Assembly: GCA_001600815.1 (NCBI GenBank)
Contig: BCKZ01000026.1
Span: 62,001-126,000 of the forward strand
DNA: 64,000 nt
Source of the DNA: Alloascoidea hylecoeti
Lineage: Eukaryota
Direction of reading: 5' to 3'
Shown: positions 1 to 11,474 of the stretch, piece by piece
How the letters are laid out: the number at the start of each line of letters is the position of its first letter
Position numbering within the stretch: the stretch's first letter is position 1
Translations under genes and position numbers: made by a program
The notes under the pieces: generated by a model
Databases searched by the model: none
What the model saw: only the letters and a program-made list of their open reading frames with translations
Told to the model about the DNA's origin: nothing

Positions 1-1
1 A

Positions 2-1786
2 AGCGTAGTCCTAGAATTCACACTACTAAGTAGACTTACTGGTGATAATAGGTTTGAAAATGTCGCAAAGAGGGCTTTTTATACACTTTGGAATAATCGA
101 TCTCCCCTTGATCTTTTACCCATGTCAGTTTCCCCGGAATCAGGCGAATGGTTAGCTTCTATGACTGGTATCGGAGCTAGTATTGACTCATACTATGAGT
201 ATGCTTTAAAAATGGGTGTACTATTTCATGATAAAGATATGATGAATATTTTCAAAAGTTTATACAAAAGCTTAAAAACACACTCCTTACATGACTGGCT
301 TTATAGGAACGTTGATTCTTTCACAGGCGTTCAACTTTCATATTGGGTAGATTCACTTAGTGCATTTTTCCCGGGGGTGCAAGTATTATTTGGGGAAGTA
401 GAAGAAGCAGCAAGAGCACATTTAGTCCACTACAAACTATGGAATACTTATGGTGGAATACCAGAGCGTTGGATGTTTAAGAGAAAAAATGTAAAATATA
501 ATAATATATTGGATGATTTAGATGAAGTTGTTTTAGAGTGGTATCCATTAAGACCTGAATTAATTGAATCTACCTATTATTTGTATCAAAGTACAAAAGA
601 TCCTTTTTACTTACAGGTGGGTAAAAAAGTGATGGAAGATATTCATGAATTGTATATGACACCATGTGGATTTTCAGGTATTCAAGATATAAGAACGGGT
701 GGATTAAGTGATAGAATGGAAAGTTTTGTTTTATCTGAAACTTTCAAATATCTTTATTTATTATTTGATGTTGATAATGATTTAAACAAAATGGATTCTA
801 ATTTTGTTCTTTCAACAGAAGCACATCCATTTTGGTATGATAAAAGTGTAATTCCTTACTATAGTCTAAATTCAACAACTATATTATCACCTCCAATTTC
901 AGTAACAACAGCCATATCAACAGATAATAATGTATATAATGAAAGGACAAAAGATGAATTACACCTAACAGAAATGGATAAATCTTTAACTAGTACCTTC
1001 AAACAACTTTTACAATTTTTCAAGCATATTCTTGTTGATTTTGATTTTTTTGGAACAATACAGACAGAAAGTGGAGAGACTACTGATTTATATTTAACTA
1101 GTCGTCTTCATCTTCATAAACGTAGAGACAATTTCAATCAATATACTAATAAAACAATGGGGAATTATATTGATATATCTACTCTTAACGAAGAAATTCA
1201 ATGTCCAGTTCTAAAAAAATCATCATCATTATATTCTAGAATATCATCATGGTCTGAATTTTATTATCTAGATAAGAGATATAAACTCACAACTCCTGAA
1301 TACTTGAAGGCAATTCGACCTCAAAATTATATGGATCTGGAATCTACTTACTATGATACGTTTGTAAATCCACAAGCAATGTGCTCTGCATCAGTTGATA
1401 ATGAAGAATTTGAAGTTCTTTTTGGTGCTGTAGAACATACAAAGCATGCAAGACTTGAATCTGTTGGAAACGATGGCAATAACTATTATACACAAAATCT
1501 AAGTGGGTTACGGATACAACTTGAGCGTATTCCAATAGATCGAAGCAGCTCTAACCGACGGAAGTACGGTAAATTAGAATCAGTATTGGTTGCACATATA
1601 GTAAATGGCGTAAGGATTAATGAAAATCTGTATATTGAAGGTAAAAGTATGGAAAGAATTCAAACTGATAATGCCATTGGCATTCTAAATGGGATGATTA
1701 GTATACATGATGAACCAATCATTAACTTACTTGTACGCTTCAGAATCAAGGCAATTAATGGTGATGATGTTTTTATTAATGACTAG
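2..1786 (+). CDS. MNL1: EDEM-like alpha-1,2-mannosidase (GH47), 5'-truncated by window edge
   Basis: Frame open from base 2 (SVVLEFTLLSRLTGD...). GH47 motifs GIGASIDSYYEY, WYPLRPELIESTYYLY, DRMESFVLSETFKYLYLLF, STEAHP. Lies directly upstream of SCH9 as in S. cerevisiae. Confidence 0.9.
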   Translation, partial: SVVLEFTLLSRLTGDNRFENVAKRAFYTLWNNRSPLDLLPMSVSPESGEWLASMTGIGASIDSYYEYALKMGVLFHDKDMMNIFKSLYKSLKTHSLHDWLYRNVDSFTGVQLSYWVDSLSAFFPGVQVLFGEVEEAARAHLVHYKLWNTYGGIPERWMFKRKNVKYNNILDDLDEVVLEWYPLRPELIESTYYLYQSTKDPFYLQVGKKVMEDIHELYMTPCGFSGIQDIRTGGLSDRMESFVLSETFKYLYLLFDVDNDLNKMDSNFVLSTEAHPFWYDKSVIPYYSLNSTTILSPPISVTTAISTDNNVYNERTKDELHLTEMDKSLTSTFKQLLQFFKHILVDFDFFGTIQTESGETTDLYLTSRLHLHKRRDNFNQYTNKTMGNYIDISTLNEEIQCPVLKKSSSLYSRISSWSEFYYLDKRYKLTTPEYLKAIRPQNYMDLESTYYDTFVNPQAMCSASVDNEEFEVLFGAVEHTKHARLESVGNDGNNYYTQNLSGLRIQLERIPIDRSSSNRRKYGKLESVLVAHIVNGVRINENLYIEGKSMERIQTDNAIGILNGMISIHDEPIINLLVRFRIKAINGDDVFIND

Positions 1787-3259
1787 TGGATATAACATAG
1801 TTTTGTATATTTTTGATACTTGGGGTTGTCTTTTTTGGTGTTATTTATTTGATTTTGAAAGTATATAATTTATATATATACAATCAAAAGTATGTACATA
1901 TATATGATTTCGTATTATTATTTTAATTTTGCATCTTTCATATAGCCAATATTGATAACAATTGATATATGAATTTAAGTTAATTACGTAAAGCTATTTG
2001 ATATTTAAATGGTTATATGGAACTGTACGGGTGCTTCCCGTGATTATCCGTATTTATCAATAATAGAGTATTATTATAATTATTCTTATCAGACGTAAAT
2101 AATTGTCCCCAAACGGGAAATTAAAGTATCATCACATATGCATGACATTTTACTTATTTTATTCTTAGTTAATTTTTCCCGAAAATCAAGAAAAATAGTC
2201 TATTTGTTCGTTGATTTAAAATGAAAATAAAGTTTGTTCGAGTGTTTTTCCAAGGTGAATATTTCCAATTAATAATTTTAGTCATCTTTGTTAGCTTTAG
2301 ATTTAGCCTCTATATTTTCTTTTGATGATATAAACTTCTAAATTGATGATAGTTACAACTAATATTGATTAAAATTAAAACAGTAATATATTAATTTTTA
2401 GAAATAGCGTCAAGTTACACACACTGAAGTTGAATCCAGAAACCTAAATAAAAGAACTTTAACGACAAAAATTAACATTTCTATTTGTGTTTTCTTAAAA
2501 TTACAAATTTTGAGCTTCTATTGTTAACCAATGATTCTTATGTATGTACCATATATTCATAACAGAAATGATAGTATAATAAAGGATCTGATTTTCCAAT
2601 CATTTCAATTTCGTAAAGCAAGTATTACTTATAGCTATAGCTATAGAGATATCATCAATATTAATTTTATCATAGCACGTCTTATGATAGTACATAATGT
2701 CATCTAACTATAAGATGAAGTTCAGAAGAAATTGTTCCGAGAGTCCTTATAAATATACGATTGCATTGTTATTCCTTGGATCTGGGATCATTAATATTAA
2801 ATCAATGCATTTGCAATTTGCTTTTATGATAAGCAACGTTAAGATAATATTAATGATGATGCATCTTTGACCGTTGAAAAAATTTAGCATTCACGAATCA
2901 CAATGCAATGTATGATTACTTATATCATTATCAATCTCTTTTTAAATAAGATGTAAATGCCTATATATTTCACAATAACATAATATAAGTTAATCAAGAA
3001 GAATTATCAGTGTGGAATGTCTCATTTAAGCAATTTATGCACCTCAGGATTAGTGTTGAATGAAAAAAACTTCCTAACACCTTAATTCTTCCTGACATAT
3101 TTTTTTCAAGGACGAAGAAAGTCTTAAATCAAAATCGGCCAATAATTACAACTGTCAGAACCGAAACTGCAGTTGCTTAACTATTGCTTAAAGCAGATAT
3201 TTTCTTGGATTTCGGATCACAACGCCCACTTATATAATCATAACTAAGACAGTTTTAAG

Positions 3260-5515
3260 ATGACAAGATTTGCGCGATCTCTTTTCGGCTTTGGATCAAA
3301 AGATAGTTTGAGATCGAGGGAAGATCCAAACGTCGCGACTGAGAAACAGGAAACTGATAACGGTACACACAGCGAGACCGAAACACAGCCCGACTTAAAA
3401 GCTGAGACACAGACACAGAACCAGAACGGTGGTCAGACCGGCCAAAGTCAAAGGACCAGTCCAGCCAATTCGCACGGATCATCGCAATCACAGGCCTCGA
3501 TCGCTCGGCAGTTTTCCCCGGGACGTATCACACCCTCCACGGCAACTACGGCATTGACCAGCGACGGATTCGTTCCCAGCCTTGGGGCCACTTTAGGGAT
3601 AGCTCTTGGGTCCGGTCGCGTGAATCCTAGCGATGGGCTGGTAGGCAGGGTAACCCGGCCCAACGATAAGAACCAATCTCTCCGCCACTCACAAACCAAT
3701 ATTACTTCTTCACAAGGCCATAGTAACCACCAAAAAAGCACAAACGGTATGAATAATTACCCACAGCAGGGCTCATCGGATCCATTGACTACTCCTCCAC
3801 ACATTGCTCCAAATGGAAGGCTCACCGTCAAGATAGTCGAAGCAAAAGACCTACGGGTCTCAATCTCCAATCCTTCACCTTATGTCGTTTGTACTTTTGA
3901 GAGCAGTGAATTCATCACACATGGACCTTCGTTAATGACCACAAGTAAACCTGAAACCAGAGGAAAAAACTCTGTCCCATTGTTTGTCTCTGGAATCGCC
4001 CCAATTCCAATGAAAAGTAAACAATCTTCCAGTCTGGCTTTAAATACTCTTGCTGAGTTGGCAGGAAATATCAATGGTACTACCAATCCTAAATGGAAGC
4101 ATGAAACTACTTTTGATGTTATCAGTGATGAATCTGAATTGGATCTTATCATGTATGATAAAAACGCTGATGATGCTTTCTTAGGCCATGTAAGAATAAG
4201 TCCACTATTCGTCAATGAACGAATCTCGAAAGAATGGTATGATTTACAACCTAGAGTTCCCGGCGAAAGAGTCTCCGGTAAAATAAAAGTAGAATATATA
4301 TATAACAGAATATCTAAAAAACATTATGGTCCAGATGATTTTGAGATTTTAAGGTTACTTGGAAAAGGTACTTTTGGTCAAGTTTATCAAGTACGTAAAA
4401 GAGATACTGGTAGAATTTATGCAATGAAAGTTTTATCAAAAAAAGTTATTGTTAAAAAAAAAGAAATCGCCCATACAATTGGTGAAAGAGATATTCTAGT
4501 TACAACCGCTTCTACTGGTTCTCCATTCATTGTTGGATTAAAATTTTCGTTCCAAACTCCAACTGATCTATATTTAGTTACTGATTATATGTCTGGTGGT
4601 GAATTATTCTGGCATTTACAAAAAGAAGGTAGATTCAATGAAGAACGTGCAAAATTTTATATTGCTGAATTGGTTATGGCTTTAGAACAATTACATAATA
4701 ATGATATCGTTTATCGTGATTTAAAACCTGAAAATATTTTACTTGATGCTAATGGTCATATAGCTTTATGTGATTTTGGTTTATCTAAGGCAAATTTAAC
4801 CTCCAATGGAACAACAAATACATTTTGTGGAACAACTGAATATTTAGCTCCCGAAGTTTTATTAGATGAAAACGGGTATACAAAAATGGTTGATTTCTGG
4901 TCACTTGGTGTTCTTATATTTGAAATGTGTTGTGGTTGGAGTCCATTTTATGCAGAGAATACAAATGATATGTATAAGAATATTGCTTTTGGTAAAGTTC
5001 GTTTCCCAAAAGATGTTCTTTCTCAAGAAGGAAAAGCATTTGTTAAAGGCTTGTTAAATAGAAATCCAAAACATCGTTTAGGGGCAATAGATGATGCAAG
5101 AGAATTAAGACAACATCCATTCTTTAATGATATTGATTGGGATCTATTACTTGCAAAAAATCTTCCTCCTCCTTTTAAACCACATTTAACATCAGAAACT
5201 GATACTTCAAATTTTGATCCAGAATTTACACAGACAAGTAGTAGTGTTATACATCGAAATTTTTTGGATTCAACTCCTTTATCGCCTGGAATTCAAGCAA
5301 ACTTTCAAGGTTTTACATACGTTGGAGAATCTTCAATGGATGATCATTTTCGTACTTTACATGATACTAATATATTACCAGGTGCAAATAATGGATTATA
5401 TGATAATGCAATTGATGATGATGATGATGATGATAAAGACTCTATGGATATTGATAATAATGACGATGATGTAAATGGAGATGATTTTCTTAATGGACAA
5501 AGATTTGAAATGTGA
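3260..5515 (+). CDS. SCH9: AGC Ser/Thr kinase Sch9 (C2 domain + kinase domain)
   Basis: C2-like region (GRLTVKIVEAKDL, PYVVCTFE), LGKGTFGQV, YAMKVLSKK, YRDLKPEN, DFGLSK, TFCGTTEYLAPE, hydrophobic motif FQGFTY. Confidence 0.96.
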   Translation: MTRFARSLFGFGSKDSLRSREDPNVATEKQETDNGTHSETETQPDLKAETQTQNQNGGQTGQSQRTSPANSHGSSQSQASIARQFSPGRITPSTATTALTSDGFVPSLGATLGIALGSGRVNPSDGLVGRVTRPNDKNQSLRHSQTNITSSQGHSNHQKSTNGMNNYPQQGSSDPLTTPPHIAPNGRLTVKIVEAKDLRVSISNPSPYVVCTFESSEFITHGPSLMTTSKPETRGKNSVPLFVSGIAPIPMKSKQSSSLALNTLAELAGNINGTTNPKWKHETTFDVISDESELDLIMYDKNADDAFLGHVRISPLFVNERISKEWYDLQPRVPGERVSGKIKVEYIYNRISKKHYGPDDFEILRLLGKGTFGQVYQVRKRDTGRIYAMKVLSKKVIVKKKEIAHTIGERDILVTTASTGSPFIVGLKFSFQTPTDLYLVTDYMSGGELFWHLQKEGRFNEERAKFYIAELVMALEQLHNNDIVYRDLKPENILLDANGHIALCDFGLSKANLTSNGTTNTFCGTTEYLAPEVLLDENGYTKMVDFWSLGVLIFEMCCGWSPFYAENTNDMYKNIAFGKVRFPKDVLSQEGKAFVKGLLNRNPKHRLGAIDDARELRQHPFFNDIDWDLLLAKNLPPPFKPHLTSETDTSNFDPEFTQTSSSVIHRNFLDSTPLSPGIQANFQGFTYVGESSMDDHFRTLHDTNILPGANNGLYDNAIDDDDDDDKDSMDIDNNDDDVNGDDFLNGQRFEM

Positions 5516-5689
5516 TACTTAATTGATCACTTCCCTTCTCTTCTTCTATATAAAAGAAAAGGAAAGAAAAAAAAACAGCAAATGGCAATTAATGCTAAGC
5601 ATTTTAATTTTTTTATGAATCATATATATTTTTATACTCATTAGTTCAGTCCTTAGCTTTTTTTTATTTTTATTTTTTCTTCTTGTTTT

Positions 5690-5812
5690 TATGTTTATTT
5701 ATTTATTTATTTATCTTTTTTTATCTTTATCTTTATTTTTATCTTTATCTTTATTTTTATCTTTATCTTTATCTTTATCTTTATTTTTGTCTTTATCTTT
5801 ATCTTTATCTTC
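5690..5812. repeat. (TTTA)n followed by (TCTTTA/TTTTTA)n microsatellite downstream of SCH9
   Basis: Directly visible tandem tetramer then hexamer repeats; source of the spurious YLYL/SLSL ORFs. Confidence 0.9.
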
Positions 5813-6329
5813 TATATATATCTTATTGTTCATATTCTCTTATTTCTTGGAATACCTTTGTATAACGGAATAAGAATACTACTATATTTACAGACCCTGT
5901 TTAAATCTTTAGTTATTTTTTTTGTCTTTTATATAATTATAAGAAATAATTGTATTAAGTGCTAATGCTAATAATAATGCTATTCCGACGTTGTCTGAAT
6001 CCCTTCCTATTATCTAGCACATCTCAACACAGAAAGGTAAGGTTACGTCAAATTCATGATCATTCCGCTTAAATTCGGCCATATGGTAGGCTGAATATTA
6101 GCCACGGATAGTCTGTCTAGTTGAAATGTTTGGAGGTTAAGAACAAAAACTGCAAAACCATATATCAAGTTATCAATTCGGATTTATTCTACGGATGAAT
6201 GTTATATGCTGAAGTTTGTACAGTTACACATACAGTTATTACAGGTATTTTAAATTTAATAACAACAATTTTGTGTGTCGAAGTTCAGAAAGACAAATTT
6301 AAGATTAAAAATTAATTATAAAATACTAT

Positions 6330-7299
6330 TGATACAGAAAACTATTTAATAATGTGGGGGTGTAAATATTTAGAAATTTATTTAACAACAAAAATACATG
6401 AAACATTGAGAAGTTTGGAATATGTTCATAACTTCATCTTTAATATTTGCTAATTTGGTGCCTGATAGAGCTGAATCTAAATTTAGATTAGAGAAAAGAA
6501 TAAAAGACTTGGTGGAAGAAAGCATATTAAAAACCTCCATCAAGTCATTAAATTAGAAGTGTTATGTATAAACAAAAGATTATGTTGCAAACAAATAGAT
6601 ATTTTCAGAACCGAAGAAAGAAAATTGGAAGAAAAATGGTAGGGATTATTAAAGTTAAGAAGCATATAAGGACACCCGTAGGAGATACATTGGATACAGT
6701 TGTTAAGAGTGAGATATGTCTCATATGCTACACTATAATAAATATATGCGAAACAATGGTGGCAATATAATGGTAGCTTATGTCAACAATGAAAAACTGA
6801 AATTTTACATCTATGGAGAGTGTTCGACAATGCAAATATTGAAGAAAAACATGTTAGGATCTGAAAGAATAGGGATCAAATCATTCATAATAAACACAAA
6901 GGAGAAAACATAGAAAAAGGTGAGATTTTGTCAAAAAGGCCTTAGAATTACGAAGGGGATAATATGTTAGGACACCACAAGTATTAAATGAAATTGACTG
7001 GGGGGATTATAATATCTAAAAACTTGAGAAAGTAAATAGAATTCAAGGTGGATAAGGTAAAGAGACAAATGAATAGATACAAGAGAAGAAAGATATATGT
7101 CAAGAACATATATAAAAAGAATAGGTAGAATAGATATTGTTGAAAGTTAATCCAACTTGGTAGATACTTAAGAAATACAAAATATCAATGAAAGAAGAAC
7201 TAGATTTTTTTTATGAAAACAACGTAACACAAGAAAAAGAACTGTTTCCAAAGAAACAAATGTTCAGAAAACAAACGAAAAAATTAAAAATTTAGAAAT
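6330..7299 (+). mobile_element. Degenerate Ty1/copia pol relic (integrase/RT pieces), opposite orientation to adjacent element
   Basis: 7170-7226 reads KKYKISMKEELDFFYENNV, resembling the copia RT-start motif (AMxEELxxLxxNxxW). 7229-7297 reads TRKRTVSKETNVQKTNEKIKNLE, whose first 11 residues match the end of the minus-strand element. Many stops; left boundary approximate. Confidence 0.55.
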
Positions 7300-7490
7300 N
7301 NNNNNNNNNNNNNNNNNNNNNNNNNNNNNNNNNNNNNNNNNNNNNNNNNNNNNNNNNNNNNNNNNNNNNNNNNNNNNNNNNNNNNNNNNNNNNNNNNNNN
7401 NNNNNNNNNNNNNNNNNNNNNNNNNNNNNNNNNNNNNNNNNNNNNNNNNNNNNNNNNNNNNNNNNNNNNNNNNNNNNNNNNNNNNNNNNN
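7300..7490. other. Assembly gap (191 N)
   Basis: Run of N. Confidence 1.
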
Positions 7491-9058
7491 ACATTTGTTT
7501 CTTTGGAAACAGTTCTTTTTCTTGTGATCTTTCCAATAGAACATGATTCACAAGTTTCTGATTCCTTTCTCAATTTCTTCTTTTCTTCTTCTGTCAAATT
7601 TTTNGATTTCAACAATAAGTGTTTATTTAAGTGTCCATATTTCTGATGAATGGAACTAATATTCCAATCTTCTTGTTTCAGAACTCTTTTAATATTTAAN
7701 ATCATGGCACCAGATAAAGAACTCTTATATATGTGAGCCACGTTGACACCTTCACTATTCATCAATAAATCAGTTTCTTGATTTCTCTCATGCATACAAT
7801 ATCCCAATTGCTTCAAAAATCTGGTTGATGCTAAATTAGGACAATCTCTTGATACTATCACTGGTACTGTTATTACCTTATCTAGTTTGATTTTTATAAA
7901 TCCTCTTCCTAGTTTTTCAATGTTGTGCCCACTAGCACTAACTAATCTTGGTAAATTTTCAGCACTTTCATCTGTGATGTATTTGAGGTCATGGATATAA
8001 TCTTTAAATTTAATGTTAACCAGGGTGTACGATGCTCCAGTATCTAGCACCACTTCATTATTGTCATAATTAACCATATTAATATTAAATATACCTTCAN
8101 TATCAGTGTCTACCTCGCTCTCTTCTTTATTCTTATGTTGAGAATTTGTATTCCTATTTTGATTTCTTCTTTTTTCTTTGCATTCATGTAAATAATGTTC
8201 CTTTGATTTACAATTTAAACATTGTTTCGGTAATCGACAAATACTTGCGGAATGACCTCTTCTCCTACAATTATAGCATTTGAATATTCTCTTCTCACTA
8301 TAATTCTTGTTTTTCTTGGATTGAACACTATTGATGTATATTTCATTTGCTGCTTTAGATTTTGTTAGATCTTCAAGCGCATTTAACTTTTCCATAATGA
8401 ATTTTGTTGACCTATCNTTAGATTCGTCAGCTAGTAATTCATTTGCAATCACTTCATATGGANCACTCAAGGAGTTCAACAGTAATATGTTTTGTATTTC
8501 GTATGGGAAGCTCACTTTTCTGGCTTCTAACTCTCTAAAAATACCATAGAAATTACTGGTGGCAGCCGTAACTGTTTCTGACCCGTCTAATGTAAATTCT
8601 GATAATTGTTTTAGTAGTCCCTTCAATGGCTTCTCCTTTCTGTATTGTCGACAAATGTTGTCGAAGGAAGCCTTTACTCCTCTAATTAAATCAATCTCCT
8701 TGTCTTGAATTGATTTTGATACTGTTGCCAGTAGNATTTCAAAGGTTTTATCATGTTGCAATAACATTGTTCCAGTAAGGATTTCATATATAGGTTTCTC
8801 CCTTCCATCCTTAACATCAGAATGATAAATGCTATCATCCGTTATGTATTTTGCTAANCCAATTCTGTTTAGAGTTGACATTAGAAAATATTTCCATCTA
8901 TCGAATCCTGCTTGGTTCGATTCTTCTGTTAATTTTGGTAATGTTTTAGCGTGTTCAGCACTACCATCAAAGACCGCTCTTCCTTCACTGTTTATACTTG
9001 TATACACTGCGCCGCTACCATGTTGAATAGAATTAGATGAAGATTCTTGTTCGCTCAT
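7491..9058 (-). mobile_element. Ty1/copia LTR retrotransposon gag-pol (gag, 2 CCHC knuckles, protease, integrase N-terminus), truncated by gap
   Basis: Single ORF with gag-like LLLNSLSxPYE, knuckles CYNCRRRGHSASIC and CLNCKSKEHYLHEC, protease VVLDTGAS, integrase HHCC region HQKYGHLN...CESCSIGK. PR followed directly by IN is the copia order. Confidence 0.9.
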
Positions 9059-9079
9059 TGTTAATTGATGTCCTCAGAT

Positions 9080-9252
9080 TGTATAAACACGTTGTTCTTA
9101 AACTCTTGGAAATTAAATATTAATATATTTATTATATTATATTTTTACGATCCTTTCTAAAATTGTGGGAATTCCTCCATATTTATTATGGAATCCCCGA
9201 AAACTATTTAGTCTATAAATTTGTTCCACCATGTTCTTGCATATAATCAACA
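9080..9252 (-). repeat. Candidate 5' LTR of the copia element
   Basis: Minus strand begins TGTTGATTAT at 9252 (typical TG start) about 190 bp upstream of the gag ATG. 3' boundary and PBS not recognised; no second copy in window. Confidence 0.3.
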
Positions 9253-9416
9253 GATATAAAGTGTTTTTTCTTCATTATAGTAGAGAGTTCCTCACCATTT
9301 ACATAGTTTCTATATAGTGTTATGCATAGTTAATAGTATTTATATGGAAGGTTAAAAAGATAGTTTAAGATCAATTGTTTTTCATGGTTCCTATTTTTCT
9401 TTGTTTGCATTTATAA

Positions 9417-11474
9417 TCATTTGACACCCTTTAAAATTTGGTAGTTTAAATCATCATCAATTAATATAAATAAATCTTTGGCACGAAGGTCGTCAGAATC
9501 TTTATTCTTAAGGAGATTCTCGATCACATCTTCAATTTTTATATATTGATGTTTATTTTTTTCGATATCATAACATATCAACATATAAACTTCTGAATAG
9601 TGATCAACATCTGCAGCGACTTCATCCCTATAAAAAAGAAAATTGGATAAAATTACGATCTTATTATTCCAAAAGTATTTGTAATTATCAGTATTAGCAT
9701 ACATTAAATCGAATTGAAATCTAGGATTATCACCATTAACTGATGGGGGTGGTAATCGTTGGTATACTTCTCCGTAACCAATTGTCATTTCAAAAATCGA
9801 ATTCCATTTAATTTGCTCTATCGGAATTTTCTTAATCTCAAAATTTCTTTTCCTAAAATATATAAAGTCTTCATTATCATTATTAGAGCTATTTGAAGCA
9901 ATGCCGTACTCAAGCTGAGAAGAAATATTCTTTAGCATCTCATCACATTTATCAACTTTAGATGCTGATAAAAATGAATTTAGAGGCATTGCAAGTATCT
10001 TTTGAAGTAATGGTTCAACGTAACCATCTGAATTTATAGTCGCAGGAGTCATTTCACCTAAATAATCTGAAATGACTGTAAATACATTAGGTCCATCAAG
10101 ATAAATCTGGCCACCCTGATAAATTCTCCAATCATTTATTTTTGAATTTGGATTTATATTTGAAGCAAAACGATTTTTCTGCATGTTAAAGCAGCCAAAA
10201 TATTCTCCTGATGATAAATTAAAGATATACCAATATAATTTTCCATATGGATAGTTTAAGTCTATTGGTGAAGCTTGAGAACTAGTACTATCCAATGTTA
10301 TAATGTTAATCGGAAAGATCACAAATTGACCACCTACAAATTGGATTTGAAGATCATCTCTAATACCTAAAAGTATATTTTCTGTTTTAGTTCTAAGATT
10401 TATTTTCCACTTCATTTTTGAAGCCCTTAATTCTTCACCTTTATCTTGTAATTGACGCTTAAAACAAGTAAAAGTAACAGCGTCACCAGTAAAACGTAAA
10501 TGTGAATTTTTATCCCAAAAATGAGCTCCATTTATATATACTAACAATTCGTTTTTGTGCTGAGGGCGTCTATGATTTAGCTTATCTTCCGATACTAATC
10601 CAACATTAATGAGATATCTTCCATGTGTGGTACTGAACTCATTAATATTATCTTTTAGTATAGTATTCACTTGCTTTCTCATATCAGAAGATGTCCTTGT
10701 TGCAATTGGTATATTCCATTTTTTTACTGTTCTTACTACACGGTTCTCAGATAAGGGATTAATATTGAGTGAATGTGAAAATTTGCTGGATGAAATATTA
10801 TGAGGAGGAAAAGATACTGATATTGTTCCACTAGCAGATGTAAAATTATCATCGTATATGTGATAATCCAAATGAGAGGAGATTTCTTTAAATGTGATAA
10901 ATTTGACGTCAGCATCAAGATTAATTATATTGTTAATAGTATTGAGTTGAAGTTCCCAATGAGTATCACTGATTTCTAGCATTTTCAAACCTTCATGATT
11001 CTTTTTGATAGGGATCGACCAAATAATATTTGAATCAACTTTATTGATTTCATACCGGGCTGTAGATTGATTATCTAGTCTCAAACCCTCATACTTGATT
11101 GGGGAACGTTTATAATGGCATGTATCCTCTATGTTTGGAACACAAACAGCACGTCTAGCAGATACAGACTGTACATCCACTGTATTAAGCACATTAAATG
11201 TTTTAGCTTCTCCTTGTCGTTCTTGTTTCTTTGTGTATAAATTGGTTTTGATAATATGAAGTTTTTTTCTTATTTCCTCTCTAGTAAAAACTGACATATT
11301 TTGAGTTGATTGAAATATTAAAGCAATCTCTTCAATTTTTAAGGTAGAAGAATAGTATTCAAAAAGTTTATAATATTCTTTACATGTTTCATGAAAGTGA
11401 AAAGAGTCAATAAATGATAATTGATCAAAAATTAAAAGAATGTTGTCTGCCGGAAGATGAGTTATTTGGGTCAT
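9417..11474 (-). CDS. F-box domain protein, 685 aa, C-terminal region unrecognised
   Basis: N-terminal ITHLPADNILLIFDQLSFIDSFHFHETCKEYYKL fits the F-box pattern (LPxxxLxxIFxxL...CKxW/Y); long uninterrupted ORF in very AT-rich DNA. Confidence 0.7.
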   Translation of the reverse strand: MTQITHLPADNILLIFDQLSFIDSFHFHETCKEYYKLFEYYSSTLKIEEIALIFQSTQNMSVFTREEIRKKLHIIKTNLYTKKQERQGEAKTFNVLNTVDVQSVSARRAVCVPNIEDTCHYKRSPIKYEGLRLDNQSTARYEINKVDSNIIWSIPIKKNHEGLKMLEISDTHWELQLNTINNIINLDADVKFITFKEISSHLDYHIYDDNFTSASGTISVSFPPHNISSSKFSHSLNINPLSENRVVRTVKKWNIPIATRTSSDMRKQVNTILKDNINEFSTTHGRYLINVGLVSEDKLNHRRPQHKNELLVYINGAHFWDKNSHLRFTGDAVTFTCFKRQLQDKGEELRASKMKWKINLRTKTENILLGIRDDLQIQFVGGQFVIFPINIITLDSTSSQASPIDLNYPYGKLYWYIFNLSSGEYFGCFNMQKNRFASNINPNSKINDWRIYQGGQIYLDGPNVFTVISDYLGEMTPATINSDGYVEPLLQKILAMPLNSFLSASKVDKCDEMLKNISSQLEYGIASNSSNNDNEDFIYFRKRNFEIKKIPIEQIKWNSIFEMTIGYGEVYQRLPPPSVNGDNPRFQFDLMYANTDNYKYFWNNKIVILSNFLFYRDEVAADVDHYSEVYMLICYDIEKNKHQYIKIEDVIENLLKNKDSDDLRAKDLFILIDDDLNYQILKGVK

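Noticed and set aside
5683..5873. Two 60-aa ORFs (YLYL/SLSL)
   Set aside because: Translations of a hexamer microsatellite.
7264..7551. ORFs spanning the N run
   Set aside because: Artefacts of translating through the gap.
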